Assembly: GCF_009914755.1 (NCBI RefSeq)
Contig: NC_060947.1
DNA: 64,000 bases
Source: the human T2T-CHM13v2.0 reference genome, Homo sapiens
Direction: 5' to 3' (one strand)
Every line of letters begins with the position of its first letter. The stretch's first letter is position 1. The translations under genes and the position numbers were made by a program. Of the stretch, positions 1-11,500 are shown piece after piece. The notes below the pieces were generated by a model. That model was not told the DNA's origin. It saw only the letters and a list, made by a program, of their open reading frames with translations, and searched no databases.

Positions 1-61
1 TTAAATGCATTCATCATGAAGAACTTTCTCAGAGTGTTTGTGTTTAGTTATGGGAAATTAT

Positions 62-78
62 TCCCGTTTCCAACGAAA
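62..78 (-). promoter_or_regulatory. CENP-B box, canonical (W1-type monomer; recurs at 2119 etc.; inactivated in 8 copies)
   Basis: tcccgtttccaacgaaa is the reverse complement of TTTCGTTGGAAACGGGA, matching YTTCGTTGGAARCGGGA. Confidence 0.95.
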
Positions 79-574
79 TCCTCAGAGAGCTCCAAATATC
101 CACCTGCAGATTCTACCAAAAGTGTATTTGGAAACTGCTCCATCAAAAGGCATGTTCAGCTCTGTGAGTGAAACTCCATCATCACAAAGAATATTCTGAG
201 AATGCTTCCGTTTGCCTTTTATATGAAGTTCCTTCCTGTACTACCGTAGGCCTCAAAGCAGTCCAAATCTCCATTTGCAGATTCTACAAAAAGAGTGATT
301 CCAATCTGCTCTATCAATAGGATTGTTCAACTCCATGAGTTGAATGCCATCCTCACAAAGTAGTTTCTGAGAATGCTTCTATCTGGTTTTTGTGTGAAGA
401 TATTTCCTTTTCCACCACAGGCCTCAAAGCCCTCCAAACGTCCACTTGCAGATTCTCGAAAAAGAGTGTTTCATAGCTGCTCTTTCAAAAGGAAAGTTCA
501 ACTCTGGGAGTTGAATGCAAACATCACAAAATAGTTTCCGAGAATGCTTCTGTTTAGTTTTTATGTGAAGATGA

Positions 575-591
575 TCCCGTTTCCAGTGAAA
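575..591 (-). other. Degenerate CENP-B box (predicted non-binding)
   Basis: tcccgtttccagtgaaa reads TTTCACTGGAAACGGGA; the essential TTCG is TTCA. Confidence 0.85.
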
Positions 592-745
592 TCTTCAAAG
601 AGGTCCACATATCCCCTTGCAGATTCCAAAGAAAGAGGGTTTCAAAACTGCTCCATCAGAAGGATTGTTCAACTCTGTGAGTTGAATGCAGTCATCGCAG
701 AAAACTTTCTGAGAATGCTTCTGTCTAGGTTTGATGTGAAGATAT

Positions 746-762
746 AGACGTTTCAAACGAAG
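746..762 (-). other. Degenerate CENP-B box (predicted non-binding)
   Basis: agacgtttcaaacgaag reads CTTCGTTTGAAACGTCT; the essential CGGG is CGTC. Confidence 0.85.
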
Positions 763-912
763 GCTACAAAGTGGTCAAAATATACACTTGCAGATTCTAC
801 TACAAGGGTGTTGCAAACCTGAACTATCAAAGGAAGGTTCAACTCTGTGAGTTGAATACAAACATCACAAAGAATGTTCTGAGTTTGCTTCCGTTCAGTT
901 ATGGGAAGTTGA

Positions 913-929
913 TCCCGTTTCCAACGAAA
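913..929 (-). promoter_or_regulatory. CENP-B box, canonical (second W1-type monomer; inactivated in 3 copies)
   Basis: tcccgtttccaacgaaa at 913-929, recurring once per HOR. Confidence 0.95.
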
Positions 930-1423
930 TCCTCAGAGAGGTCCAAATATCCCCTCGCAGATTCTACAAAACGTGTGTTTGGAAACTGCTCCATCATAAC
1001 GAATGTTCAGCTCCCTGAGTTAAACTCCATCGTCACAAAGAATTTTCTGAGAGTGCTACCGTCTGGTTTTTATATGAAGTTCTTTCCTTCACTACCACAG
1101 GCCTCAAAGCGGTCCAAATCTCCACTTGCAGATTCTACAAAAAGAGTGTTTGCAAACTGCTCTATCAAAAGGAATGTTCAACTCTGGGAGTTGAATGCAA
1201 TCATCACAGAGCAGTTTCTGAGAATGCTTCTATGTCGTTTTTAGGAGAAGATATTTCCTTTTCCAACACAGTCCTCCAAGCCCGCTAAATAGCCACTTGC
1301 ACATTGTAGAAAAAGTGTGTCAAAGCTGCGCTATCAAAGGGAAAGTTCAACTCTGTGAGGTGAATGCAAACATCCCAAAGAAGTTTCTGAGAATGCTTCC
1401 GTTTAGCTTTTAGGTGAAGATTA

Positions 1424-1440
1424 TCCCGTTTCCAACGAAA
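1424..1440 (-). promoter_or_regulatory. CENP-B box, canonical (W3-type monomer carrying the BamHI site)
   Basis: tcccgtttccaacgaaa at 1424-1440, intact in every copy I read. Confidence 0.95.
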
Positions 1441-1595
1441 CCTTCAAAGAGGTCCAAATATCCCCTTGCGGATCCCACAGAAAGAGTGTTTCGAAACTGC
1501 TGTTTCAAAAGGAATCTTCAACTCTGTGAGTTGAATGCAATCATCACAAAGAAGTTTCTGACAATGCTTCTCTCTCGTCTTTCTGTGAAGATAAA

Positions 1596-1636
1596 GGAAA
1601 AGGCTTTCAGGCCTTTTCCACCACAGGCCTGAAAGC
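1596..1636. repeat. Overlapping inverted repeats in the long (186-bp spacing) monomer, present once per HOR
   Basis: ggaaaaggc (1596-1604) is the reverse complement of gccttttcc (1611-1619). gctttcaggcct (1603-1614) is the reverse complement of aggcctgaaagc (1625-1636). Confidence 0.92.
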
Positions 1637-1780
1637 GCTCCAAATGTCCACTTGCAGATTCTGCCAAAAGAATATTTCAAAACTGCTCTATGAAAAGCAA
1701 TGTTAAACTCTGCGGCTCGAACACAAACATCACAAAGCGGTTTCTGAGAATGCTTCAGTTTAGTTTTTCTGTGGAAATAT

Positions 1781-1797
1781 TCCCGTTTCCAAAGAAA
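1781..1797 (-). other. Degenerate CENP-B box (predicted non-binding)
   Basis: tcccgtttccaaagaaa reads TTTCTTTGGAAACGGGA; the essential TTCG is TTCT. Confidence 0.85.
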
Positions 1798-1951
1798 TCT
1801 TCAAAGAGGTCCACGTATCCACTTACAGATTCTACAAAAAGACAGTTTCAAAACTGCTCCATCAAAAGGAGGGTTCAACCGTGTGACTTGAATGCAATCA
1901 TCACTCAGAAGTTTCTGAGAATGCTTCTCTTTAGTTTTTACGTGAACATAT

Positions 1952-1968
1952 ACCCGTTTCGAACGAAG
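1952..1968 (-). promoter_or_regulatory. CENP-B box, variant retaining the 9 essential bases (W2-type monomer)
   Basis: acccgtttcgaacgaag reads CTTCGTTCGAAACGGGT on the minus strand, which fits NTTCGNNNNANNCGGGN. Confidence 0.85.
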
Positions 1969-3525
1969 GCCACCCAGTGGTCCAAATATCCACTTGCAGA
2001 TTATACAGAAAGAGTGTTTCGAACCTGAACTCTCAAAGGCAGGTTCATCTCTGCGAGTTAAATGCATTCATCATGAAGAACTTTCTCAGAGTGTTTGTGT
2101 TTAGTTATGGGAAATTATTCCCGTTTCCAACGAAATCCTCAGAGAGCTCCAAATATCCACCTGCAGATTCTACCAAAAGTGTATTTGGAAACTGCTCCAT
2201 CAAAAGGCATGTTCAGCTCTGTGAGTGAAACTCCATCATCACAAAGAATATTCTGAGAATGCTTCCGTTTGCCTTTTATATGAAGTTCCTTCCTGTACTA
2301 CCTAGGCCTCAAAGCAGTCCAAATCTCCATTTGCAGATTCTATAAAAAGAGTGATTCCAATCTGCTCTATCAATAGGATTGTTCAACTCCATGAGTTGAA
2401 TGCCATCCTCACAAAGTAGTTTCTGAGAATGCTTCTATCTGGTTTTTGTGTGAAGATATTTCCTTTTCCACCACAGGCCTCAAAGCCCTCCAAACGTCCA
2501 CTTGCAGATTCTCGAAAAAGAGTGTTTCATAGCTGCTCTTTCCAAAGGAAAGTTCAACTCTGGGAGTTGAATACAAACATCACAAAGTAGTTTCCGAGAA
2601 TGCTTCTGTTTAGTTTTTATGTGAAGATGATCCCGTTTCCAGTGAAATCTTCAAAGAGGTCCACATATCCCCTTGCAGATTCCAAAGAAAGAGGGTTTCA
2701 AAACTGCTCCATCAGAAGGATTGTTCAACTCTGTGAGTTGAATGCAGTCATCGCAGAAAACTTTCTGAGAAAGCTTCTGTCTAGGTTTGATGTGAAGATA
2801 TAGACGTTTCAAACGAAGGCTACAAAGTGGTCAAAATATACACTTGCAGATTCTACTACAAGGGTGTTGCAAACCTGAACTATCAAAGGAAGGTTCAACT
2901 CTGTGAGTTGAATACAAACATCACAAAGAATGTTCTGAGTTTGCTTCCGTTCAGTTATGGGAAGTTGATCCCGTTTCCAAAGAAATCCTCAGAGAGGTCC
3001 AAATATCCCCTCGCAGATTCTACAAAACGTGTGTTTGGAAACTGCTCCATCATAACGAATGTTCAGCTCCCTGAGTTAAACTCCATCGTCACAAAGAATT
3101 TTCTGAGAGTGCTACCGTCTGGTTTTTATATGAAGTTCTTTCCTTCACTACCACAGGCCTCAAAGCGGTCCAAATCTCCACTTGCAGATTCTACAAAAAG
3201 AGTGTTTGCAAACTGCTCTATCAAAAGGAATGTTCAACTCTGGGAGTTGAATGCAATCATCACAGAGCAGTTTCTGAGAATGCTTCTATGTCGTTTTTAG
3301 GAGAAGATATTTCCTTTTCCAACACAGTCCTCCAAGCCCGCTAAATAGCCACTTGCACATTGTAGAAAAAGTGTGTCAAAGCTGCGCTATCAAAGGGAAA
3401 GTTCAACTCTGTGAGGTGAATGCAAACATCCCAAAGAAGTTTCTGAGAATGCTTCCGTTTAGCTTTTAGGTGAAGATTATCCCGTTTCCAACGAAACCTT
3501 CAAAGAGGTCCAAATATCCCCTTGC

Positions 3526-5582
3526 GGATCCCACAGAAAGAGTGTTTCGAAACTGCTGTTTCAAAAGGAATCTTCAACTCTGTGAGTTGAATGCAATCAT
3601 CACAAAGAAGTTTCTGACAATGCTTCTCTCTCGTCTTTCTGTGAAGATAAAGGAAAAGGCTTTCAGGCCTTTTCCACCACAGGCCTGAAAGCGCTCCAAA
3701 TGTCCACTTGCAGATTCTGCCAAAAGAATATTTCAAAACTGCTCTATGAAAAGCAATGTTAAACTCTGCGGCTCGAACACAAACATCACAAAGCGGTTTC
3801 TGAGAATGCTTCAGTTTAGTTTTTCTGTGGAAATATTCCCGTTTCCAAAGAAATCTTCAAAGAGGTCCACGTATCCACTTACAGATTCTACAAAAAGACA
3901 GTTTCAAAACTGCTCCATCAAAAGGAGGGTTCAACCGTGTGACTTGAATGCAATCATCACTCAGAAGTTTCTGAGAATGCTTCTCTTTAGTTTTTACGTG
4001 AACATATACCCGTTTCGAACGAAGGCCACCCAGTGGTCCAAATATCCACTTGCAGATTATACAGAAAGAGTGTTTCGAACCTGAACTCTCAAAGGCAGGT
4101 TCATCTCTGCGAGTTAAATGCATTCATCATGAAGAACTTTCTCAGAGTGTTTGTGTTTAGTTATGGGAAATTATTCCCGTTTCCAACGAAATCCTCAGAG
4201 AGCTCCAAATATCCACCTGCAGATTCTACCAAAAGTGTATTTGGAAACTGCTCCATCAAAAGGCATGTTCAGCTCTGTGAGTGAAACTCCATCATCACAA
4301 AGAATATTCTGAGAATGCTTCCGTTTGCCTTTTATATGAAGTTCCTTCCTGTACTACCGTAGGCCTCAAAGCAGTCCAAATCTCCATTTGCAGATTCTAT
4401 AAAAAGAGTGATTCCAATCTGCTCTATCAATAGGATTGTTCAACTCCATGAGTTGAATGCCATCCTCACAAAGTAGTTTCTGAGAATGCTTCTATCTGGT
4501 TTTTGTGTGAAGATATTTCCTTTTCCACCACAGGCCTCAAAGCCCTCCAAACGTCCACTTGCAGATTCTCGAAAAAGAGTGTTTCATAGCTGCTCTTTCA
4601 AAAGGAAAGTTCAACTCTGGGAGTTGAATACAAACATCACAAAATAGTTTCCGAGAATGCTTCTGTTTAGTTTTTATGTGAAGATGATCCCGTTTCCAGT
4701 GAAATCTTCAAAGAGGTCCACATATCCCCTTGCAGATTCCAAAGAAAGAGGGTTTCAAAACTGCTCCATCAGAAGGATTGTTCAACTCTGTGAGTTGAAT
4801 GCAGTCATCGCAGAAAACTTTCTGAGAATGCTTCTGTCTAGGTTTGATGTGAAGATATAGACGTTTCAAACGAAGGCTACAAAGTGGTCAAAATATACAC
4901 TTGCAGATTCTACTACAAGGGTGTTGCAAACCTGAACTATCAAAGGAAGGTTCAACTCTGTGAGTTGAATACAAACATCACAAAGAATGTTCTGAGTTTG
5001 CTTCCGTTCAGTTATGGGAAGTTGATCCCGTTTCCAACGAAATCCTCAGAGAGGTCCAAATATCCCCTTGCAGATTCTACAAAACGTGTGTTTGGAAACT
5101 GCTCCATCATAACGAATGTTCAGCTCCCTGAGTTAAACTCCATCGTCACAAAGAATTTTCTGAGAGTGCTACCGTCTGGTTTTTATATGAAGTTCTTTCC
5201 TTCACTACCACAGGCCTCAAAGCGGTCCAAATCTCCACTTGCAGATTCTACAAAAAGAGTGTTTGCAAACTGCTCTATCAAAAGGAATGTTCAACTCTGG
5301 GAGTTGAATGCAATCATCACAGAGCAGTTTCTGAGAATGCTTCTATGTCGTTTTTAGGAGAAGATATTTCCTTTTCCAACACAGTCCTCCAAGCCCGCTA
5401 AATAGCCACTTGCACATTGTAGAAAAAGTGTGTCGAAGCTGCGCTATCAAAGGGAAAGTTCAACTCTGTGAGGTGAATGCAAACATCCCAAAGAAGTTTC
5501 TGAGAATGCTTCCGTTTAGCTTTTAGGTGAAGATTATCCCGTTTCCAACGAAACCTTCAAAGAGGTCCAAATATCCCCTTGC
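3526..5582 (-). repeat. Representative canonical 12-monomer HOR unit (BamHI to BamHI, 2,057 bp)
   Basis: GGATCC at 3526 and 5583. In the first unit, box-equivalent positions 62, 233, 404, 575, 746, 913, 1084, 1255, 1424, 1610, 1781, 1952, 2119 give spacings of 8x171 + 2x167 + 169 + 186 = 2,057. Confidence 0.95.
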
Positions 5583-8500
5583 GGATCCCACAGAAAGAGT
5601 GTTTCGAAACTGCTGTTTCAAAAGGAATCTTCAACTCTGTGAGTTGAATGCAATCATCACAAAGAAGTTTCTGACAATGCTTCTCTCTCGTCTTTCTGTG
5701 AAGATAAAGGAAAAGGCTTTCAGGCCTTTGCCACCACAGGCCTGAAAGCGCTCCAAATGTCCACTTGCAGATTCTGCGAAAAGAATATTTCAAAACTGCT
5801 CTATGAAAAGCAATGTTAAACTCTGTGGCTCGAACACAAACATCACAAAGCGGTTTCTGAGAGTGCTTCAGTTTAGTTTTTCTGTGGAAATATTCCCGTT
5901 TCCAAAGAAATCTTCAAAGAGGTCCACGTATCCACTTACAGATTCTACAAAAAGACAGTTTCAAAACTGCTCCATCAAAAGGAGGGTTCAACTGTGTGAC
6001 TTGAATGCAATCATCACTCAGAAGTTTCTGAGAATGCTTCTCTTTAGTTTTTACGTGAACATATACCCGTTTCGAACGAAGGCCACCCAGTGGTCCAAAT
6101 ATCCACTTGCAGATTCTACAGAAAGAGTGTTTCGAACCTGAACTCTCAAAGGCAGGTTCATCTCTGCGAGTTAAATGCATTCATCATGAAGAACTTTCTC
6201 AGAGTGTTTGTGTTTAGTTATGGGAAATTATTCCCGTTTCCAACGAAATCCTCAGAGAGCTCCAAATATCCACCTGCAGATTCTACCAAAAGTGTATTTG
6301 GAAACTGCTCCATCAAAAGGCATGTTCAGCTCTGTGAGTGAAACTCCATCATCACAAAGAATATTCTGAGAATGCTTCCGTTTGCCTTTTATATGAAGTT
6401 CCTTCCTGTACTACCGTAGGCCTCAAAGCAGTCCAAATCTCCATTTGCAGATTCTATAAAAAGAGTGATTCCAATCTGCTCTATCAATAGGATTGTTCAA
6501 CTCCATGAGTTGAATGCCATCCTCACAAAGTAGTTTCTGAGAATGCTTCTATCTGGTTTTTGTGTGAAGATATTTCCTTTTCCACCACAGGCCTCAAAGC
6601 CCTCCAAACGTCCACTTGCAGATTCTCGAAAAAGAGTGTTTCATAGCTGCTCTTTCAAAAGGAAAGTTCAACTCTGGGAGTTGAATACAAACATCACAAA
6701 GTAGTTTCCGAGAATGCTTCTGTTTAGTTTTTATGTGAGGATGATCCCGTTTCCAGTGAAATCTTCAAAGAGGTCCACATATCCCCTTGCAGATTCCAAA
6801 GAAAGAGGGTTTCAAAACTGCTCCATCAGAAGGATTGTTCAACTCTGTGAGTTGAATGCAGTCATCGCAGAAAACTTTCTGAGAATGCTTCTGTCTAGGT
6901 TTGATGTGAAGATATAGACGTTTCAAACGAAGGCTACAAAGTGGTCAAAATATACACTTGCAGATTCTACTACAAGGGTGTTGCAAACCTGAACTATCAA
7001 AGGAAGGTTCAACTCTGTGAGTTGAATACAAACATCACAAAGAATGTTCTGAGTTTGCTTCCGTTCAGTTATGGGAAGTTGATCCCGTTTCCAACGAAAT
7101 CCTCAGAGAGGTCCAAATATCCCCTTGCAGATTCTACAAAACGTGTGTTTGGAAACTGCTCCATCATAACGAATGTTCAGCTCCCTGAGTTAAACTCCAT
7201 CGTCACAAAGAATTTTCTGAGAGTGCTACCGTCTGGTTTTTATATGAAGTTCTTTCCTTCACTACCACAGGCCTCAAAGCGGTCCAAATCTCCACTTGCA
7301 GATTCTACAAAAAGAGTGTTTGCAAACTGCTCTATCAAAAGGAATGTTCAACTCTGGGAGTTGAATGCAATCATCACAGAGCAGTTTCTGAGAATGCTTC
7401 TATGTCGTTTTTAGGAGAAGATATTTCCTTTTCCAACACAGTCCTCCAAGCCCGCTAAATAGCCACTTGCACATTGTAGAAAAAGTGTGTCAAAGCTGCG
7501 CTATCAAAGGGAAAGTTCAACTCTGTGAGGTGAATGCAAACATCCCAAAGAAGTTTCTGAGAATGCTTCCGTTTAGCTTTTAGGTGAAGATTATCCCGTT
7601 TCCAACGAAACCTTCAAAGAGGTCCAAATATCCCCTTGCGGATCCCACAGAAAGAGTGTTTCGAAACTGCTGTTTCAAAAGGAATCTTCAACTCTGTGAG
7701 TTGAATGCAATCATCACAAAGAAGTTTCTGACAATGCTTCTCTCTCGTCTTTCTGTGAAGATAAAGGAAAAGGCTTTCAGGCCTTTTCCACCACAGGCCT
7801 GAAAGCGCTCCAAATGTCCACTTGCAGATTCTGCCAAAAGAATATTTCAAAACTGCTCTATGAAAAGCAATGTTAAACTCTGTGGCTCGAACACAAACAT
7901 CACAAAGCGGTTTCTGAGAATGCTTCAGTTTAGTTTTTCTGTGGAAATATTCCCGTTTCCAAAGAAATCTTCAAAGAGGTCCACGTATCCACTTACAGAT
8001 TCTACAAAAAGACAGTTTCAAAACTGCTCCATCAAAAGGAGGGTTCAACTGTGTGACTTGAATGCAATCATCACTCAGAAGTTTCTGAGAATGCTTCTCT
8101 TTAGTTTTTACGTGAACATATACCCGTTTCGAACGAAGGCCACCCAGGGTCCAAATATCCACTTGCAGATTCTACAGAAAGAGTGTTTCGAACCTGAACT
8201 CTCAAAGGCAGGTTCATCTCTGCGAGTTAAATGCATTCATCATGAAGAACTTTCTCAGAGTATTTGTGTTTAGTTATGGGAAATTATTCCCGTTTCCAAA
8301 GAAATCCTCAGAGAGCTCCAAATATCCACCTGCAGATTCTACCAAAAGTGTATTTGGAAACTGCTCCATCAAAAGGCATGTTCAGCTCTGTGAGTGAAAC
8401 TCCATCATCACAAAGAATATTCTGAGAATGCTTCCGTTTGCCTTTTATATGAAGTTCCTTCCTGTACTACCGTAGGCCTCAAAGCAGTCCAAATCTCCAT

Positions 8501-11500
8501 TTGCAGATTCTACAAAAAGAGTGATTCCAATCTGCTCTATCAATAGGATTGTTCAACTCCATGAGTTGAATGCCATCCTCACAAAGTAGTTTCTGAGAAT
8601 GCTTCTATCTGGTTTTTGTGTGAAGATATTTCCTTTTCCACCACAGGCCTCAAAGCCCTCCAAACGTCCACTTGCAGATTCTCGAAAAAGAGTGTTTCAT
8701 AGCTGCTCTTTCAAAAGGAAAGTTCAACTCTGGGAGTTGAATACAAACATCACAAAATAGTTTCCGAGAATGCTTCAGTTTAGTTTTTATGTGAAGATGA
8801 TCCCGTTTCCAGTGAAATCTTCAAAGAGGTCCACATATCCCCTTGCAGATTCCAAAGAAAGAGGGTTTCAAAACTGCTCCATCAGAAGGATTGTTCAACT
8901 CTGTGAGTTGAATGCAGTCATCGCAGAAAACTTTCTGAGAATGCTTCTGTCTAGGTTTGATGTGAAGATATAGATGTTTCAAACGAAGGCTACAAAGTGG
9001 TCAAAATATACACTTGCAGATTCTACTACAAGGGTGTTGCAAACCTGAACTATCAAAGGAAGGTTCAACTCTGTGAGTTGAATACAAACATCACAAAGAA
9101 TGTTCTGAGTTTGCTTCCGTTCAGTTATGGGAAGTTGATCCCGTTTCCAACGAAATCCTCAGAGAGGTCCAAATATCCCCTTGCAGATTCTACAAAACGT
9201 GTGTTTGGAAACTGCTCCATCATAACGAATGTTCAGCTCCCTGAGTTAAACTCCATCGTCACAAAGAATTTTCTGAGAGTGCTACCGTCTGGTTTTTATA
9301 TGAAGTTCTTTCCTTCACTACCACAGGCCTCAAAGCGGTCCAAATCTCCACTTGCAGATTCTACAAAAAGAGTGTTTGCAAACTGCTCTATCAAAAGGAA
9401 TGTTCAACTCTGGGAGTTGAATGCAATCATCACAGAGCAGTTTCTGAGAATGCTTCTATGTCGTTTTTAGGAGAAGATATTTCCTTTTCCAACACAATCC
9501 TCCAAGCCCGCTAAATAGCCACTTGCACATTGTAGAAAAAGTGTGTCAAAGCTGCGCTATCAAAGGGAAAGTTCAACTCTGTGAGGTGAATGCAAACATC
9601 CCAAAGAAGTTTCTGAGAATGCTTCCGTTTAGCTTTTAGGTGAAGATTATCCCGTTTCCAACGAAACCTTCAAAGAGGTCCAAATATCCCCTTGCGGATC
9701 CCACAGAAAGAGTGTTTCGAAACTGCTGTTTCAAAAGGAATCTTCAACTCTGTGAGTTGAATGCAATCATCACAAAGAAGTTTCTGACAATGCTTCTCTC
9801 TCGTCTTTCTGTGAAGATAAAGGAAAAGGCTTTCAGGCCTTTTCCACCACAGGCCTGAAAGCGCTCCAAATGTCCACTTGCAGATTCTGCCAAAAGAATA
9901 TTTCAAAACTGCTCTATGAAAAGCAATGTTAAACTCTGTGGCTGGAACACAAACATCACAAAGCGGTTTCTGAGAATGTTTCAGTTTAGTTTTTCTGTGG
10001 AAATATTCCCGTTTCCAAAGAAATCTTCAAAGAGGTCCACGTATCCACTTACAGATTCTACAAAAAGACAGTTTCAAAACTGCTCCATCAAAAGGAGGGT
10101 TCAACTGTGTGACTTGAATGCAATCATCACTCAGAAGTTTCTGAGAATGCTTCTCTTTAGTTTTTACGTGAACATATACCCGTTTCGAACGAAGGCCACC
10201 CAGTGGTCCAAATATCCACTTGCAGATTCTACAGAAAGAGTGTTTCGAACCTGAACTCTCAAAGGCAGGTTCATCTCTGCGAGTTAAATGCATTCATCAT
10301 GAAGAACTTTCTCAGAGTGTTTGTGTTTAGTTATGGGAAATTATTCCCGTTTCCAACGAAATCCTCAGAGAGCTCCAAATATCCACCTGCAGATTCTACC
10401 AAAAGTGTATTTGGAAACTGCTCCATCAAAAGGCATGTTCAGCTCTGTGAGTGAAACTCCATCATCACAAAGAATATTCTGAGAATGCTTCCGTTTGCCT
10501 TTTATATGAAGTTCCTTCCTGTACTACCGTAGGCCTCAAAGCAGTCCAAATCTCCATTTGCAGATTCTATAAAAAGAGTGATTCCAATCTGCTCTATCAA
10601 TAGGATTGTTCAACTCCATGAGTTGAATGCCATCCTCACAAAGTAGTTTCTGAGAATGCTTCTATCTGGTTTTTGTGTGAAGATATTTCCTTTTCCACCA
10701 CAGGCCTCAAAGCCCTCCAAACGTCCACTTGCAGATTCTCGAAAAAGAGTGTTTCATAGCTGCTCTTTCAAAAGGAAAGTTCAACTCTGGGAGTTGAATA
10801 CAAACATCACAAAGTAGTTTCCGAGAATGCTTCTGTTTAGTTTTTATGTGAGGATGATCCCGTTTCCAGTGAAATCTTCAAAGAGGTCCACATATCCCCT
10901 TGCAGATTCCAAAGAAAGAGGGTTTCAAAACTGCTCCATCAGAAGGATTGTTCAACTCTGTGAGTTGAATGCAGTCATCGCAGAAAACTTTCTGAGAATG
11001 CTTCTGTCTAGGTTTGATGTGAAGATATAGACGTTTCAAACGAAGGCTACAAAGTGGTCAAAATATACACTTGCAGATTCTACTACAAGGGTGTTGCAAA
11101 CCTGAACTATCAAAGGAAGGTTCAACTCTGTGAGTTGAATACAAACATCACAAAGAATGTTCTGAGTTTGCTTCCGTTCAGTTATGGGAAGTTGATCCCG
11201 TTTCCAACGAAATCCTCAGAGAGGTCCAAATATCCCCTTGCAGATTCTACAAAACGTGTGTTTGGAAACTGCTCCATCATAACGAATGTTCAGCTCCCTG
11301 AGTTAAACTCCATCGTCACAAAGAATTTTCTGAGAGTGCTACCGTCTGGTTTTTATATGAAGTTCTTTCCTTCACTACCACAGGCCTCAAAGCGGTCCAA
11401 ATCTCCACTTGCAGATTCTACAAAAAGAGTGTTTGCAAACTGCTCTATCAAAAGGAATGTTCAACTCTGGGAGTTGAATGCAATCATCACAGAGCAGTTT

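Noticed and set aside
1596-1636. Rho-independent terminator or structured ncRNA gene at the hairpin
   Set aside because: The context is eukaryotic satellite, there is no upstream gene, and nothing in the sequence defines a discrete transcript. It is kept only as a DNA inverted-repeat feature.
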